Assembly: GCF_009914755.1 (NCBI RefSeq)
Contig: NC_060935.1
Source of the DNA: the human T2T-CHM13v2.0 reference genome, Homo sapiens
Direction: 5' to 3' (one strand)
Length of the DNA: 64,000 nucleotides
The notes under the pieces were generated by a model. The model was not told the origin of the DNA and ran no database searches. It saw only the letters and a list, made by a program, of their open reading frames with translations. Position 1 is the stretch's first letter, and each line of letters opens with the position of its first letter. Made by a program: the position numbers and the translations under genes. Below, in pieces: positions 27,498-42,431 of this stretch.

Positions 27498-29514
27498 CAG
27501 ATCACCTAATGCCTAGTCACCCATGAATCCATCAATCCATTAATGCATTTGACAAAGTATACTGAATGTCTACTCTGTGCTAGGCAGTTTTTTATTTTCT
27601 AGAGACCAAAATGTACTTAGAAATGGGGAAAATGAAGAGAAAGAAAAGAGGTAGACAGAGTGCTCAATGTTGGCAGAATTGATGAGCTCCAAAATAACTT
27701 CCAGAGAATTCTGGAAAACCAACCTTTTCTAAGATTTATAAAAGATCTGCATGCCAGGAAAATGTAACTATGTCTCTTTCTCTCTCTAATCAAACAGATA
27801 GACTGTGCTAAATGTAGTTTATTTCCTTCACGGTACCAAAAGATACTTTAGGACCCTTTTCCCTAGGGTCTGAAGGGTTTTCCAAATTTGAAACTGGTGC
27901 TTGGGTGAAGGGAGGTGCCCTGGTATGGAGGAAAGAATGAGATAAATCCTTTCTTGTAATTTTGTAAAAGATTTTTAAATCTTGTAGTTTCTAACTCATG
28001 GGTTTTACCATGTACCTACTATATACATTCTTTGAATTCATGATTGAAGTAATATTTCACTGCTCTTGCATTTTTTTGCCCTTATGTTTGCTGTAAAACA
28101 CAAAACACCTCCTTATACAAGCTTGCTGTCATTGCCAACATGTTGTGCAAACTTTAGTACATAAAATAGTTTGAAAGAAAAAACTGCTTTGATGCATTGG
28201 CTTCGATTTTCATACTCAGCCTCACTCTTTGCCTTAAATTCAACCCATGTAGAACTTAATAGAAATCATCTGTTTTTTCCCCAACACACATTTTCTCCTG
28301 AAGGGCATATGAAGGCTGTGGTAAAAATCGCACATTCTCAGCTGATAGATGAGAGTATGTGTGTATGTGTGCATGCATGCATGTGTGTGATTGTGAAAGA
28401 ATTAGGCTATTTCCATCTAGGTAGTCTTTCACATAATAGAAAACCCAGTTTTCTAGACAAACCGTAGTTAAAGATTGATTTGGCAGCAAGGAATAGTCAA
28501 TGACTGGTTCAAATCATGAACTTGCATGATCTTTCATTTTACATGTTCTTTTTCTGTTTTTACCTACAAAATTACAGAGTTTGGTTCTAACCTACAAAAT
28601 AGGTTTCGCATCCAATCCTCCTGGGTTTTAAATCAATTATGAGTGCACAATAACGTATATTTATTGTGTACTCCTAGATAGTTTTCCACGTTTGTGAGTG
28701 TGTGTGTGCATGCGCATTTGAGATTTTTAAAAGTCTTTTTATAGTATTAGTCCCTGAGATAGTGTAGCATGCCAGTGCTTAAGTATGGATAAAACTTCTT
28801 GGTCCCTGTTTTAACCCAGCACAGGACTGCCAGACCAATGAAAACATGTTTGTATTCTTTTTATAAGGTTCAATCAATCAACCTGTCTTTAGAATTATTA
28901 AGTTCACTGCATTCTTATTCATTAATTCAACAAGTATTTATTAAGCATTGCATTCTTCTGGGCCTTGGGGATAAAGCAGTAAAAAGATACTGAAGGGACT
29001 TCTCATGAACCTAAAACAAACAACATTTTTATGAGTTTTAGAATCATAATCGCTTAGTGGGATACACATCTTTTTCTCAAAATGCCATCCCAATCAAAAA
29101 GCATTTGAGATCTTCATTTCAATATTTCTGAGCTGTACGCAAGTGGTCCCGAGCCCACTCTAAGGCCCACTGGTGAGCATCCTCTTCTTCTAAGGCTTTG
29201 GCCTTGTCATTAGAAATTCACTGCTCTGTCCCTAACCACTGCTAGTATTTAGTCATCCTATCTCTGCTCTTTTACTCTGAGAATGTTTTAAAATTATCTC
29301 AAATCAGTAGTGAAGATCTCATAATACAGTCATATATATATATATTTTTAAAATGTTTCCATCCTCATCTGTCATTTAAGAAGATGCTAGATATTCTTGA
29401 TCAAACTGCTATACTCAAGAATTTTGGACTCAAACTCTATACAGATACTAGACTCTTTATATAGCAACAGCTTCCTTATATAGCAAAGCCTATATCTACC
29501 CATTTATCCACTTT

Positions 29515-29541
29515 TCTATCTATCTGTCTGTCTGTCTGTCA

Positions 29542-29600
<59 letters not shown>

Positions 29601-29625
29601 CACCCCATCCATCCATCTACCTACC
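29515..29625 (+). repeat. (TCTG)n/(TCTA)n/(CCAT)n compound microsatellite
   Basis: Directly visible. Confidence 0.95.
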
Positions 29626-31689
29626 CAACCTCCTTACCTGTCCATTCTAGTCCAAATCTCCAAAGTGCACTTTCTTCTACCACATCCCTAGCAAATGATC
29701 ATTCAACCTCTGCTAAAATTACAGAAACATTCTTGATGTATTATTTGGAATGCTCTTCAGAACTCCAAGCTGCTATTCTTAACAGCATCTGAGCAAAGAA
29801 AATGCTTTGGACATGATGGGTTTCATTCATTCACTTATTTTCTAAAAAGTAGGTACTGACTAAGAATAACCTATGTCCTGGGCATTTCATCAGGTGCTAG
29901 AGAAATGGAGATAATTTGGACACAGTTCTTGTTTGCAACGCTTTTACCTCCAAGGAGAGGAGATAGTCATAGTCACACCCTGGATTGTGGGCAGTCTTAT
30001 TAGGAGGGTAACAAAGTTCATGCAGCCTGCTGGAAAATCCTGCCACTTGACTATATTTTTAAGTTTTCCAACTGTGCTACTGATGGATCATTTATTTCCT
30101 AGAATGGTCTCAAGGATGTTAGGAGACCATTTGGTAAATCAGGTATATGATGACCGAATCTTTTAGCTTGAGGCAAATAAAACATGCTCACAAGTTAAGT
30201 AAGCTCACAAGGAAGCTGGATGCATGTTTTAACTTATGGAAAAAAATCTGGTTAAAAATGCTTTCCCCAATTTTTTACTTCATTGGTTTAATATCTTGCC
30301 TATGGATGACCATGGGAAGTACTAGCTCACTGAGGTTGCAATCTATGTCTACAAACCTGGGAGACAATTAGGAGAACACATGAACTCTTTTAAATGGGTA
30401 CCCTTTTTCCTTAGAAGACAAATTACCTGTCCTCTGTGTTAATTGTGTTTCTCTCAAAGGCAGTTTGAAGTCCTTTTGTAAAAAAGTCCAAATTAAAAAA
30501 TTAAGAACAAACCTCACTGTCCCAGCCTTCTACCAGTGTATTCACCACTAACCTTTTCTTTAAATTTTCTGGGATAAATATTTAAAGAAATAGTATGTGT
30601 GAAGAAAATCTTGTAAATCTATCCAAAATCTATCCAAAAGCAGAGGATAGGCCTGGCTACTGGGTGTTACTTTGATAAAGTGTCTCTGTAAATCATGGTC
30701 AATATGTGAGAGATCTTTAAAAAAGATGTTAACTAATAAAATCACTGGGACTACCTCTTTCTTTCATTTCAATGGAATTGTAAGGACTCTGTCAGGCAGG
30801 ATTGATTTCAGCAAAAGGTAGAATGGGGTACAAAATATCCCTTGTTTCACTGAAGTATATACAGAAATAGTAAGACTCGTTGGATTCAGTCAGTTATAGT
30901 TAAAGCAGTTTTGTGGGCTGAACACTGACACAGTAACTTTCACAAAGTAGGCAAAGTTACCAGGCAGGTATTGTTCTCTTAATTAAAAAAAAAAAAAAAA
31001 GCTCTACAAAATATTTGTCTTGTTCTAGGCATTTGGGTAAAATAGCTCTCTGTTCCTCTTCACTTATTTTGGAAGGGGACTGTATAATGATTTTCCCCCC
31101 ACAAAAATGAAGTAATGTAAATTACTTGAGATCCATGAGAGTATTTTGGCGTGGGATGACTGCCCTTTCTTTTTCTTGGCTTCTAGAGCTAGGCATCCGC
31201 AATTTGCAAAACAAATTCAAGATAAAATACCCAGCTGGGCAAGTCTGTACAGTAGATCTCACAAACTGGTTTGCTATTCAATCTTTCTTCTCCCTACCCA
31301 CTTCTCTCTTTCCCTCTTTTTGTCTTTCTTTCCCTGTCTCAATGAACTAACTGCTCAACTGTTCCTCTCGGCTATTCATCTTCGGAACTGTCTGCCGATG
31401 AAGCCATTTATTTATCTCTGTGACTGAAAAACAAGTTGTCTGAACTGTTTCAGATTCCCAATAAGCTGGCAGGCCCACTTGCTCAAAGTTATTTATTTGG
31501 GGCATTAATAGTGAGGTGGTTGTGGGTGGCCAAAATAATTGAGCAGTTGTTGTTTAACACAGCAACGACAACAACAATGACAACAAAACAATTGTCAGGA
31601 AATCAGCCAGGAAACAGCTTGTAAACAGAAAAGGCTGAAGGGATGAAACTCTCCTATCTTCAGGTTACCAGATCTTTCAGTTTCTATTT

Positions 31690-31909
31690 CAAGGGTCAGC
31701 AAACTATGGCATGACGGCCTAATCCAGCCTGCCACCGTTTTTGGTAAATAAAATTTTATTGGAACACAGCCATACACATTCATTCATATGCCTGTGGCTG
31801 CTTTCCCACTATAATAACAGAGTTGAATAGTTGTGCCAGAGACCTACGGCACACAAAGCCTATAATATTTACTACCTGGCCCTTTACAGAAAAAGTTTCT
31901 TGACCCTTG
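31690..31909. mobile_element. MER58A (hAT-Charlie)
   Basis: TIRs caagggtcagcaaact / agtttcttgacccttg; internal gtaaataaaattttattggaacacagcca. Confidence 0.9.
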
Positions 31910-33890
31910 CTGTACTTGGCTGTATTGGACAAATAATGTGAGATACTTTGGTCTTTCACATTAAATTTTAAAAATGCCTTAGATGAAGTACCCAGCAATC
32001 CTTTGAGATAACTGGCAAGTTGAAAATAAGAAATATTTATCATAAAATCTGTTTACATTAGCCTTCCACTTCAGTAACAATTACACACAGCAGGAACTAA
32101 AAAACAACTTACAGATCTTTCATCCAACTCTATTTTACAGATAAAGACGCTGCCCAGAAAGTTTAAGGAATTGACTTGCACAAGGTCACACACCTAACTG
32201 AGAGATGAGGAACACAGATCCCAAATCTGGGAAAATATATTAAGAAGAAATAAACAGAACAAAGTCTATTCGCTTGAAAGAATTGTAGCTTATCTGATAT
32301 AACTTATTGGGGGTGAGAGGTTGGGTGGTGGAGATGAAGGTCAAGCTTGAAAAAACAGAAGAAAGTATTTGGTTTAGTATTCTTCTTTCCCCTTCACAAT
32401 TGTGAATAGTAGCTGCTTTCCCCTTCTATTTAATAGGAAATTTTCTTTACTTGCTCAGTACCTTCTCCTGCACCGTGCAGAGAAACCCCAATCATATGTT
32501 TATAATGTTTATTTCAAATGATTAGAATGAATTTCATAGTCACTACAGAGTTTATCCTTCAGATGTTACCCAATTTTTAAGTCACCAGGACGCTGTGTCT
32601 ATTCTCAGCCTCTGGGGTGGACACGTATTACGGGTTGGCACAGAGACCAGTTCCATGAGTGAGAAAGCAGCCTTCAGTGGGAGAGTGGCCAGGAACAAAA
32701 CGTCAGTGGGTCAGGGTGGAGTGGGAAGAGTTTGGTAACTCAGGGGAAGGAATGAGAAATTTTTCTTAAAAGAGAAATTCTGCAACTTTAGAAGGATTCT
32801 TTGTGGCAGATTTCAAATTTCTGCTCTATAAGTTGGCTTTTAGCTTTCTGCCTCTAGAGCAGTGGTTTCAAACATTGATTTGGATCATAGTTCCTTTTGA
32901 GGATTTCACATAGCTATGGATTCTGCATCTCCTCCCATCCCCCAAACACATATACAACTAATAATTTTGTCTACAATTTCAGGGAGTTTACAAACTCTCT
33001 AAACATCCACAGATTATCCATAGAGCTCAGGTTGAGAACTCAACCCCCCCTCACTCCCCACCGCAAACGTTGGTATTTATGAAAGTAATAAAATGATTTT
33101 TCCCTTGGATACAGCCTCTACACTGTACTCCCAGCTTAAAATCATACATAGCTCTTCACTAACTTTGGGATCACGTCCTAACTCCCAAGAATGGTATAAA
33201 AGGCCTTCCATGATCTGGGCTCTGCATCTTTCTCCAGTATTATCTCTCAACACATCCTTTCCTCACCCTATACAATGGTGATACTAAACTACATGCAGTT
33301 CTCCAAACCCACAGAGCTCTTTCTCTTCTCCAAATTTTTGTAAATGGTCATATCCTCTCTGCCTGGAACACTCTTTCTCTGCCTTTTCCTACCAGGTGAA
33401 CATCCTTTTTTTCTGGGCTCAACTCAGATGTAATTTTTTTTCAGGAAGCCTTCTCTGACCACTTAGAACTGAGTTAGGTGGCCCTCTCCTGTGCTTTTGT
33501 GAGACCCAGTACTGGCCCATTAGGCAGCCTTTGTCACTCTATATCACAATTGCTCATTTGCTTATACCTCTTTCCCATTTTAAGTGCTTTGAAGGCTGGG
33601 ACATGTTCATTGTGAAATTCCCAGGGTATAGCAGACTCTCCATAGATGTTTTCTGAATTAAAAATATATGAATGATTGAAGAAGCAATGTGAAGGAAAAA
33701 ATGAGGACAGAACTTCCTGCTGTGAGGCACATGGTGTGAAAATGTTGGCTCTTTCCAAAGGCAACTGGAAAACCAAAGTGGGGGAGAAAGGCAAAGGTTG
33801 AGCAACATTTTTGAAGCCAATGTTGTTTTTATGGGTGTGCCACCTTAGAAGGACCTTTGGCAAATAGAATGTCTTAGGAAAGAAAAGTTA

Positions 33891-34634
33891 GTGGTGAATG
33901 ATGATGGAGATCATGATGACAATGACGATGATGATGGGGCTGATGAAGATGATGATGGGGATGATGAAGATGATGGGGATGATGAAGATGATGACAGGGA
34001 TGATGAGGATGATGGGGATGAGGAGGATGGAGATGATGATGATGATGGGGATGATGAGGATGATGATGGGGATGATGAAGATAATGATGGGGATAATGAG
34101 GAGGATAATGGGGATGATAAGGAGGACGATGGGGATGATAAGAAAGATGATGGGGATGATGAGGAGGATGATGAGGATGATGAGGATGATGAGGATGATG
34201 GGGATGATGAAGATGATGATGGGGATGATGAGGAGGATGATGGGGATGATGAGGAGGATGATGGGGATGATGAAATGATGATGGGGATGATGAGGAGGAT
34301 GATGGGGATGATGAGAAAGATGATGGGGATAAGGAGGATGATGGGGATGATAAGAAGGATGATGGCGATGATGAAGATGGTGAGGATGATGATGGTGATG
34401 ATGAGGATGATGATGGGGATGATGAAGATGATGATGGGGATGAGGAGGATGATGGGGATGATGAACATGATGATGGGGATGATGAGGAGGATGATGGGGA
34501 TGATGAGGATGATGGGGATGATGAAGATGATTATGGGGATGAGGAGGATGATGGGGATGAGGAGGATGATGGGGATGATGATAAGGATGATGGGGATGAT
34601 GATAAGGATGATGGGGATGATGAGGAAGATGATG
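33891..34634 (+). repeat. ~745-bp complex (GAT/GAG/GGG) triplet array with a ~21-nt higher-order unit GATGATGGGGATGATGAGGAG
   Basis: Directly visible; accounts for four long low-complexity ORFs in the track. Confidence 0.95.
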
Positions 34635-36241
34635 TGCATGTGTTGGAAGGCAGGGAGAAGGCACACTGATGGAATAAGAGTTCTACTAGTATTAATACTT
34701 CTCATTTTTTGAAAGATAAATGCCAAGCCATGTGTTGAGGGCCTGCATTTTTTATCTTAATGAGTCCCCATAATAATTCTGTTTTAATTATTATTCACAT
34801 TTTAAAGATAAGGAGATTCAAGTTACAGAACTTGTCTTTTTTCCCCACATGTATGCCTTTAAAATCAAAAGTACTTTAAAGGCGATTGAGCTTAGTAAAC
34901 AAGATAATAAGCAAATATATATACATTTTAAAATCCCTCTGTTCAAAAAGGGATTTCAGTGAGTAGACAGCACTAGTGAAAGGTGGGTTCTGGGATCAGG
35001 CAGACCTGGGTTCAAATTCCAACTTTGGTTTTTTCTAAGTTGTATAGGGGTAATATTTAATAAATTTTACCTCCAATGATGATTAAGAACAAATAGCATA
35101 AAGTAAGTGAAGTATCTGGTATACAACAGATTCAAAACAAATATTAATATCTATACTTAAGTCAATTTGATATTAATTGAATATCATATAAATTTTCTGA
35201 ATATCATACATATAACACAAGGCATTAGATTAAATAATATACAATTTCTGATCATCAGATAGTGATGGTAGCATAGTATTTATAGTAATACTAGTAATAA
35301 ATCAACAAACAATAATTATCCAGAAATGTTCTCACTTAAACTTAGTAATAGCTGAGCATTACCACCACTGCCTCTACCAACTAAAACAAGATTAGGAAAT
35401 TGTGTTTAAGAGTAATTTTATCTTTTGTTGAGTTTATTATATGAGTTGAATAAACTGTCAATCCCCTTTTCTTTTCTCTTTGGTAGGCTGTATATCAAGC
35501 CTATACTTTCTCTTCACAAAAGCAAAAGGATATACATTAGAAACTAGTTTTATACCATGAATTTTCCATTCCTCTAGAAATATTTGGAAAGTATTATGGT
35601 TTTGGGTAGGACAAGTTATCAACATTTTCTATTCTCATTAAAAATGAAGGCAATTCAGTAAATGAGTAGTGATGGAGTCTAAAGAGGGGTAAATGATACC
35701 ACAGTTCCAAAGAAAGAAAATCACTTTTAAAGGGTTAGTTCTTAAATCAAAATGATGGCCAAATTATACATGAAACAAATCCGGAATAAAAAAATTGATT
35801 TCCAAAGATGGCTTCTTATACTCTATAAAACATATATGATCTCTCCTTTGGGAATAAAAAAAAACCCAGTATGTAATTTTGACTCTGGAATTTCACCTTA
35901 ATGACAATTGTATAGACTACTTTTGGCTGCTTGTTATACTCTTCAAGATAGCAAAGTGAGAAATCCAAGAAAATTCTCACATGTCTCATGTGATATCCCA
36001 TGAGAATATATTGTAATGATGAAAAAAAATGGAGCTTTTGTAGTTAGAATGTCTGTGTGTAAATATTTGCTTCATAATTTACTAGTTGTTTTTCTTGGGC
36101 AAATTATACAATTTTGTATATTTTGACTTCTTGTCTATTATGGAAAAAATAATAGTGCCTTCCTCATGGAATTGCTGTATGGCTTGAATAAGATCATGTA
36201 AATAAAATATGTGACACAGTCTCTGGCCCCTATGAGGTGTT

Positions 36242-36615
36242 TGCTATGGTTTTAATAATGGCGTCTCCTCCAAAATTCCTGTTGAAACTTAATCCTCAGG
36301 GTAGTGGCACAAGAGGTGAGCCCTTATGGGAGGTGATCAAGTCATGAGGGCTCTGCCTCCTGACAGGGATTAGGTGCCCTTATAAAAGGGATTGAGAAAG
36401 TGAGTTCAGTCCCTTTTTGCTCTTCTACCTACCACCATGGAAGAATGCCATGATGAGAAGGCACCTAATCAGTGGAACAGGCCCTCACCAGACACAAATG
36501 CCAGTGCATTGATCTTGGACTTCACAGCCTCCGTAACAGTGAGAAATACATTTCTGTTCTTTATAAATTACCCATTCTGTGGTATTTTGTTATAACAGCA
36601 CAAATGAACAAGACA
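36242..36615 (+). mobile_element. MST (MSTC/D-like) MaLR solo LTR
   Basis: tgctatggtttt...gttgaaacttaatcc...ataaattacccattctgtggtattttgttataacagcacaaatgaacaagaca. Confidence 0.88.
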
Positions 36616-37961
36616 GTTTCCAAGAAACATTAGCATTTATTTTAACTATTATCTGCTCTGACAATTTTTACTTCTTATCACGTATACTGACATTTAATTG
36701 ATTCTTCTAGAAATCTGTTTATGTGAACTGTAAATCTTTTAAATTTTCAGTCTTCCCTTATGACTTCTCTAGGCCTTACTTTCTCCAACTTTAAGATATG
36801 GAAATTAGACTATAATTTCTCAATTCCACTCTAGTGCTAGAATAGTTGAAATTCCATTTTTATTTAATCAAAGGAACAATAAATACCACTGTGATGAAAT
36901 AATTTGATTTTTTTTCTCATTGAGTCAAAAATACAAACTATCAACAAGAGATGCAAAGATTTTGCCTCTATAATGAACAAATAATAGATTGATCCAGTTG
37001 AGGGTGGAGAGTAGGGGATCAAGGTGGTTGTCTTCTGATGACATTGAAGTAAATACACTGAAGCTTGGGAATGGAAATGTTGAATAAATGTATTAGGCTG
37101 AATTCTGGACTGGATTTTCAAGGCATAAGGTAGAACTATACAGCTTTGGTAATAAGTTCTGACTTTTCTCAACTAATTCTAACAAAAGATTCATATTTTT
37201 CCCTAATACTATAAAAAGAATACAAAATATTTTGCCACAGATAATTTTTATGCTTTGAATCTCTCCATTCTGTACTAAAATATACAAAATGTATTAATCT
37301 GTAAAGTAACCTACAAATTTTGACATACTTTTTCTCATGAGAAATGAGAGAATGTCTCGGTTATTACAGGTTGTCTATTAGACATGGGAATCTAGGTGCA
37401 CAAATATAGTGACTGTGGTCAATATCTTCCAATGTGTTTGTGTAGTCTAATGTGACATGATTGCTTTTTTGAATGTACTATTATAATGGACAGAAAGGAC
37501 ATTAGAAAAGGAGCCATCTGTTCTCTGTTAAATGTAGCTATGAAGTCTCTCTTGGATTAGCAAAGCAAGCCACTAAATACTTCAGTGAGACTTCAAAAAA
37601 GCTGAGTTCTCCCTAAGAATCACTAAGGGATGAACTTCAAAAGATTAGAGGTTTCACTTGGATCAAATCCCAGAAAATCAAGTTATTTACCAAATCTTAT
37701 TTATGCAAACTATATAAACACATTTTGATCTGCAGGGTACCAAAATGATGTTTTAGAAAAATGATAACCTTAAATGAAAAGTCTACTGTGGAGAAGACTG
37801 AGGAAAGTCAACTTTTTTTTGGTCTGATTATTTTGTCTGTCTACATTGATCAAATAAGCGGTACAACTACTGCCAGATCTGATGCTACTCTGTGACTATG
37901 AACATAGAAAACAGTACCTAAATTTTTTATTAATTCTATTGGGAAATAAGATTGGAGTATC

Positions 37962-38268
<307 letters not shown>

Positions 38269-38278
38269 AGGAATATCT

Positions 38279-38281
<3 letters not shown>

Positions 38282-38325
<44 letters not shown>
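38282..38325 (+). repeat. (CA)n microsatellite
   Basis: Directly visible. Confidence 0.97.
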
Positions 38326-38328
<3 letters not shown>

Positions 38329-38411
38329 TATTTTAATGTTTTGTTTCTTTTTGTTTGGAATTACAAAGACTAGGTAGACTAGTAAGCCTAAATTATTTCT
38401 AGATATCAATC

Positions 38412-38719
<308 letters not shown>

Positions 38720-39160
38720 GATATCAATCATTTTTAAAGGCGTTTTTCTTCTATAAAGATTTCTAGTATATCTTTGGGTTCACAGAATGACTCTTTACAT
38801 TAATTCATCAAAATAGAAAATTCAGAATAAGGCAGGTCTATCTTGGCACCTTTCCAACATAGGTAACTGGTATCACTTGGATCCTGCGAGACAAAATATG
38901 ACTATATCTTGCATTATCTGCTAACGAATATATCAATTGTTTATTTACATGTATGTTTTCTTTTACTACATAGTGGTTATTTTAAGAATATGAACTGTTT
39001 TATTCAATTATGCACTCCTATTAGCATATATAAGCCTGATAGAAAGTAGATATTAAGTATATATTTGTTGTTAAGTAAACAACTAAATAATTACTTGAAA
39101 ATCAGATAAACTTCATTTATAACATGATTTATAATTACTTAGATATTATTAAGAAAGTAA

Positions 39161-39449
39161 CATTCTCAGTAAACTATCGCAAGAACAAAAAACCAAACAC
39201 CGCATATTCTCACTCATAGGTGGGAATTGAACAATGAGATCACATGGTCACAGGAAGGGGAATATCACACTCTGGGGACTGTGGTGGGGTGGGGGGAGGG
39301 GGGAGGGGTAGCACTGGGAGATATACCTAATGCTAGATGACGAGTTAGTGGGTGCAGCGCACCAGCATGGCACATGTATACATATGTAACTAACCTGCAC
39401 AATGTGCACATGTACCCTAAAACTTAAAGTATAAAAAAAAAAAAAAAAA
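39161..39449 (+). mobile_element. Young 5'-truncated L1 (L1PA2-like) 3' end
   Basis: Near-consensus L1 3' UTR with G-rich tract. Has GAG (gatgacgagttagtggg) rather than the L1HS-Ta ACA, and cttaaagtat before poly(A). Confidence 0.88.
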
Positions 39450-42431
39450 TTTTCAGTGAAATGACGAATATCAATATTACATATCATATAACAACATGTT
39501 TTACCTGGGAGTACTTATTAATGTCAGTTCAATATAATATATAAACCTTTTCATTTGTGATTAAAACCTTGAATGTAAATTCAACACACACAGATTTACG
39601 TGAACTTTTAACCTTTTTTTTCCTCAGCAATTTGGGTAGGTTGGTTGTATCGGATTCTGTTACTTGTAACTGAAAACAGATCCTTGATTTGAACATAACT
39701 GTCCAGTGATTTTTCAATTTGGTAAACATTTGTGGCTTATGTTCCTCACTGCTGATCAGGAGAGAATGCAGGAAGGGAGACTGATATATCGTGCAGTTAC
39801 CAATGTTTACATTGTTTTGTACTTTCCAGATTCATGTGGTGCTTTTTTAAAATGATATACATTTGGGACTGGAACAACTTTTCAGCTGCTGGCTGGATCC
39901 AAATAACAGTTCACTGAGTACATATCTGAACATTTCTAAATATTTAAATCAAAACTGTGACTAAATTTGAGCCAATTAGATCCTCTTTAGAATTTGAAAA
40001 TATTGTTATCTAGCCATCCTCAGAAGAAAAACAAAAACAAGTTTTAAAAACAGCCCTCTTCTCCATAAAGTTAACAGAACTTGGGCCAAGCATGAGAAAT
40101 GCCACACCACTGAGTATCATGGAAATTTAAAATCAGTCAACTATTTGCTTCATGTACATGTTGCCAAATAATTGGCCTAAAAATTATTTAACTAAACTAA
40201 CGGAGTCAACTAGCTGTTTTGGTATAAAATGAACAGCTTGATTATCTCATCCCAGGACATGATTTCCTTGATAGATTTTTGGTTGAAGTTCATCATATTT
40301 ATCTAACCCTTGCCAGGTATTCACTTCAGTTTTCTTCCTGAAGACACAGCTGTATTGACACCGCTGAAATTCTAGCATCATTTTTAAAAGTTGCTTTTTT
40401 CAAGGTATTGGGTAAGCAATAGTACTTCATTTGGGGAAGGTGTTATGTTAATAAATATTTTGAGAGTTAACTAAATGAAAGTATTTTGAGTTCTTTGGAG
40501 GCAAAATAATATTGTTAGATGTAATATTAATGTGCAATTGACTAGCCATATAGGTCATATGGAAGGAAGAACAATTCAGTTCCTTTAATCACTTAATGCT
40601 AACGATGGCCATTCGCATGTATAGCAGTCCTTCTGCACCTCAGCGCTGCAACTTTTCCTTTACATCTTCATTAAATCTAAATATTTTCTCACGTATTTTC
40701 TTTACCTTGATCTGACAGCTGGGTTCATGGCTTTTCCCCAGATAATATGCCATTCATTCAAACACCCTACTATTGCTTTCTATACCAGGAAGGTGCTAAT
40801 CTTTGAATTTAACTGGGTCCTGGTCATAAGATAAAGTGGAATGGTTTCTTTTTTATATATAGGGAAAGCACTAAAGATCTGAATAATTTAGTTTATTTCA
40901 GTAATTTAACTATATTTGTTATTTACAAAAGAAATCAAGGAGAGACTATTGGTATGTGGTGAATAACTTCCAGTCAAATCTAACATTAGTAGAACCAACT
41001 GTGTACTTACTACTCTACTGCACTGCTCTTCAGAAGGTAGAAGAAAACAACGTAAGCATTGACATATATCTTCACTTCTTAGGGAAGCCAGGAAAAGCAC
41101 AGTTATTTACCTGTAAACATTTGTTACAGTGAAGGAGGGCTGTACTGTTTCTATTTAAATGCAAATAATAATTCACAATGTTGTGTAGAGAGTGATTTAT
41201 TTTGATACGTTTTCCCCCTAGCCCTAGGATTTTAGGTCAGCTACTAGAAATATTGCCCAAGGACATCTGTTCAAGAACCAATTTTACAAAAAGGTCATGT
41301 ATTCCTTAATATAAGTATCTATGGTCAAGGATAAAAAACCAATCAGGCCTAACAGGATTTATAAGGCGTGGGTTATGAAAAGATGTTCCTTAGAGGGTTG
41401 CAGTTCTATGAACTGAATCAGGAACAATTTGGAGCTTCGGGAATGATCTACTTACTGCAAACTGTAATATGTCTTAAAAGACCAAACCAATTATAGTTAT
41501 CATTATCATTATAAACCTTCTGCTTTCTATCTTAATTATATTACTCCATCATAACTTCAACAGATAGATACTGTGTTCAGAGAAAATTTACATTCTATAT
41601 CCTAATTATATATGGATACATATTTAAACATAGAAGCAAGACTTTGAAAATTAAAGTGTTTACAAGTTATACACTGTGACTATTTCTAAGAAAACTGGAT
41701 TACTATTTAGAGATTTATATAAAAAACTGATTTTCCTGTGTGGGAAGATTTAGAGCAAATCTACTAGAAGATACAGGGGCAGATTGGCCATTCCCCAGTC
41801 CCTTCCTACTTTTATATGTAGGGGACACTTAACAAGAGACAGGTCCTTGGGTTAGACAGAATCACTTCTGGGATCAAGTGGAACATTCATAGTTACCTGT
41901 AGACCAGGTAGGGGCATAGGATGCTGACAGAGGCTACATTTTAGATTTCTTGAGGTACAAACAGTCCCTACTCAACTTCCCTGATTACAATGTAGATGAG
42001 TTAAGAATAGTGGCGAATGAAAAAAGAGAGAACAATAGAGACACATAGTATTTTGAACCAAAAAGTTATATACAGATGTAAAACACAAGAAAAGTTGCTT
42101 CATGCAGACACATCAAAAAACTATAGCAGATTGCATTTGTTAGAAAGAGAGAGAAAGAGAGACAGAGAAATATTTTTGCCTGGGGATAGTAAGCATAATC
42201 TGAGAATATCACTAACAGTTTTAGTTGTTCTATATTAGTACTTTCATATAAGTATATATTTTAAAAGTAATTTCATGATGATGCAATTATGTTTAGAAGA
42301 AATTCAGAGTTTTATAAGGTCACTTTAATCCAGAAAAATATTCTTTAAAGTTTAAAAATACTGTTTTTTTCCTCCTTTAAAATGTTCCATTGATATTTTA
42401 TTGCAGTAAAATATTCAAAAATGGTTATGCT

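Noticed and set aside
33888-34726. Four long ORFs (poly-Asp/Met, poly-His/Ile, poly-Ile/Ser) as proteins
   Set aside because: Open only because the triplet repeat lacks stops in those frames; no promoter, splice or homology evidence.
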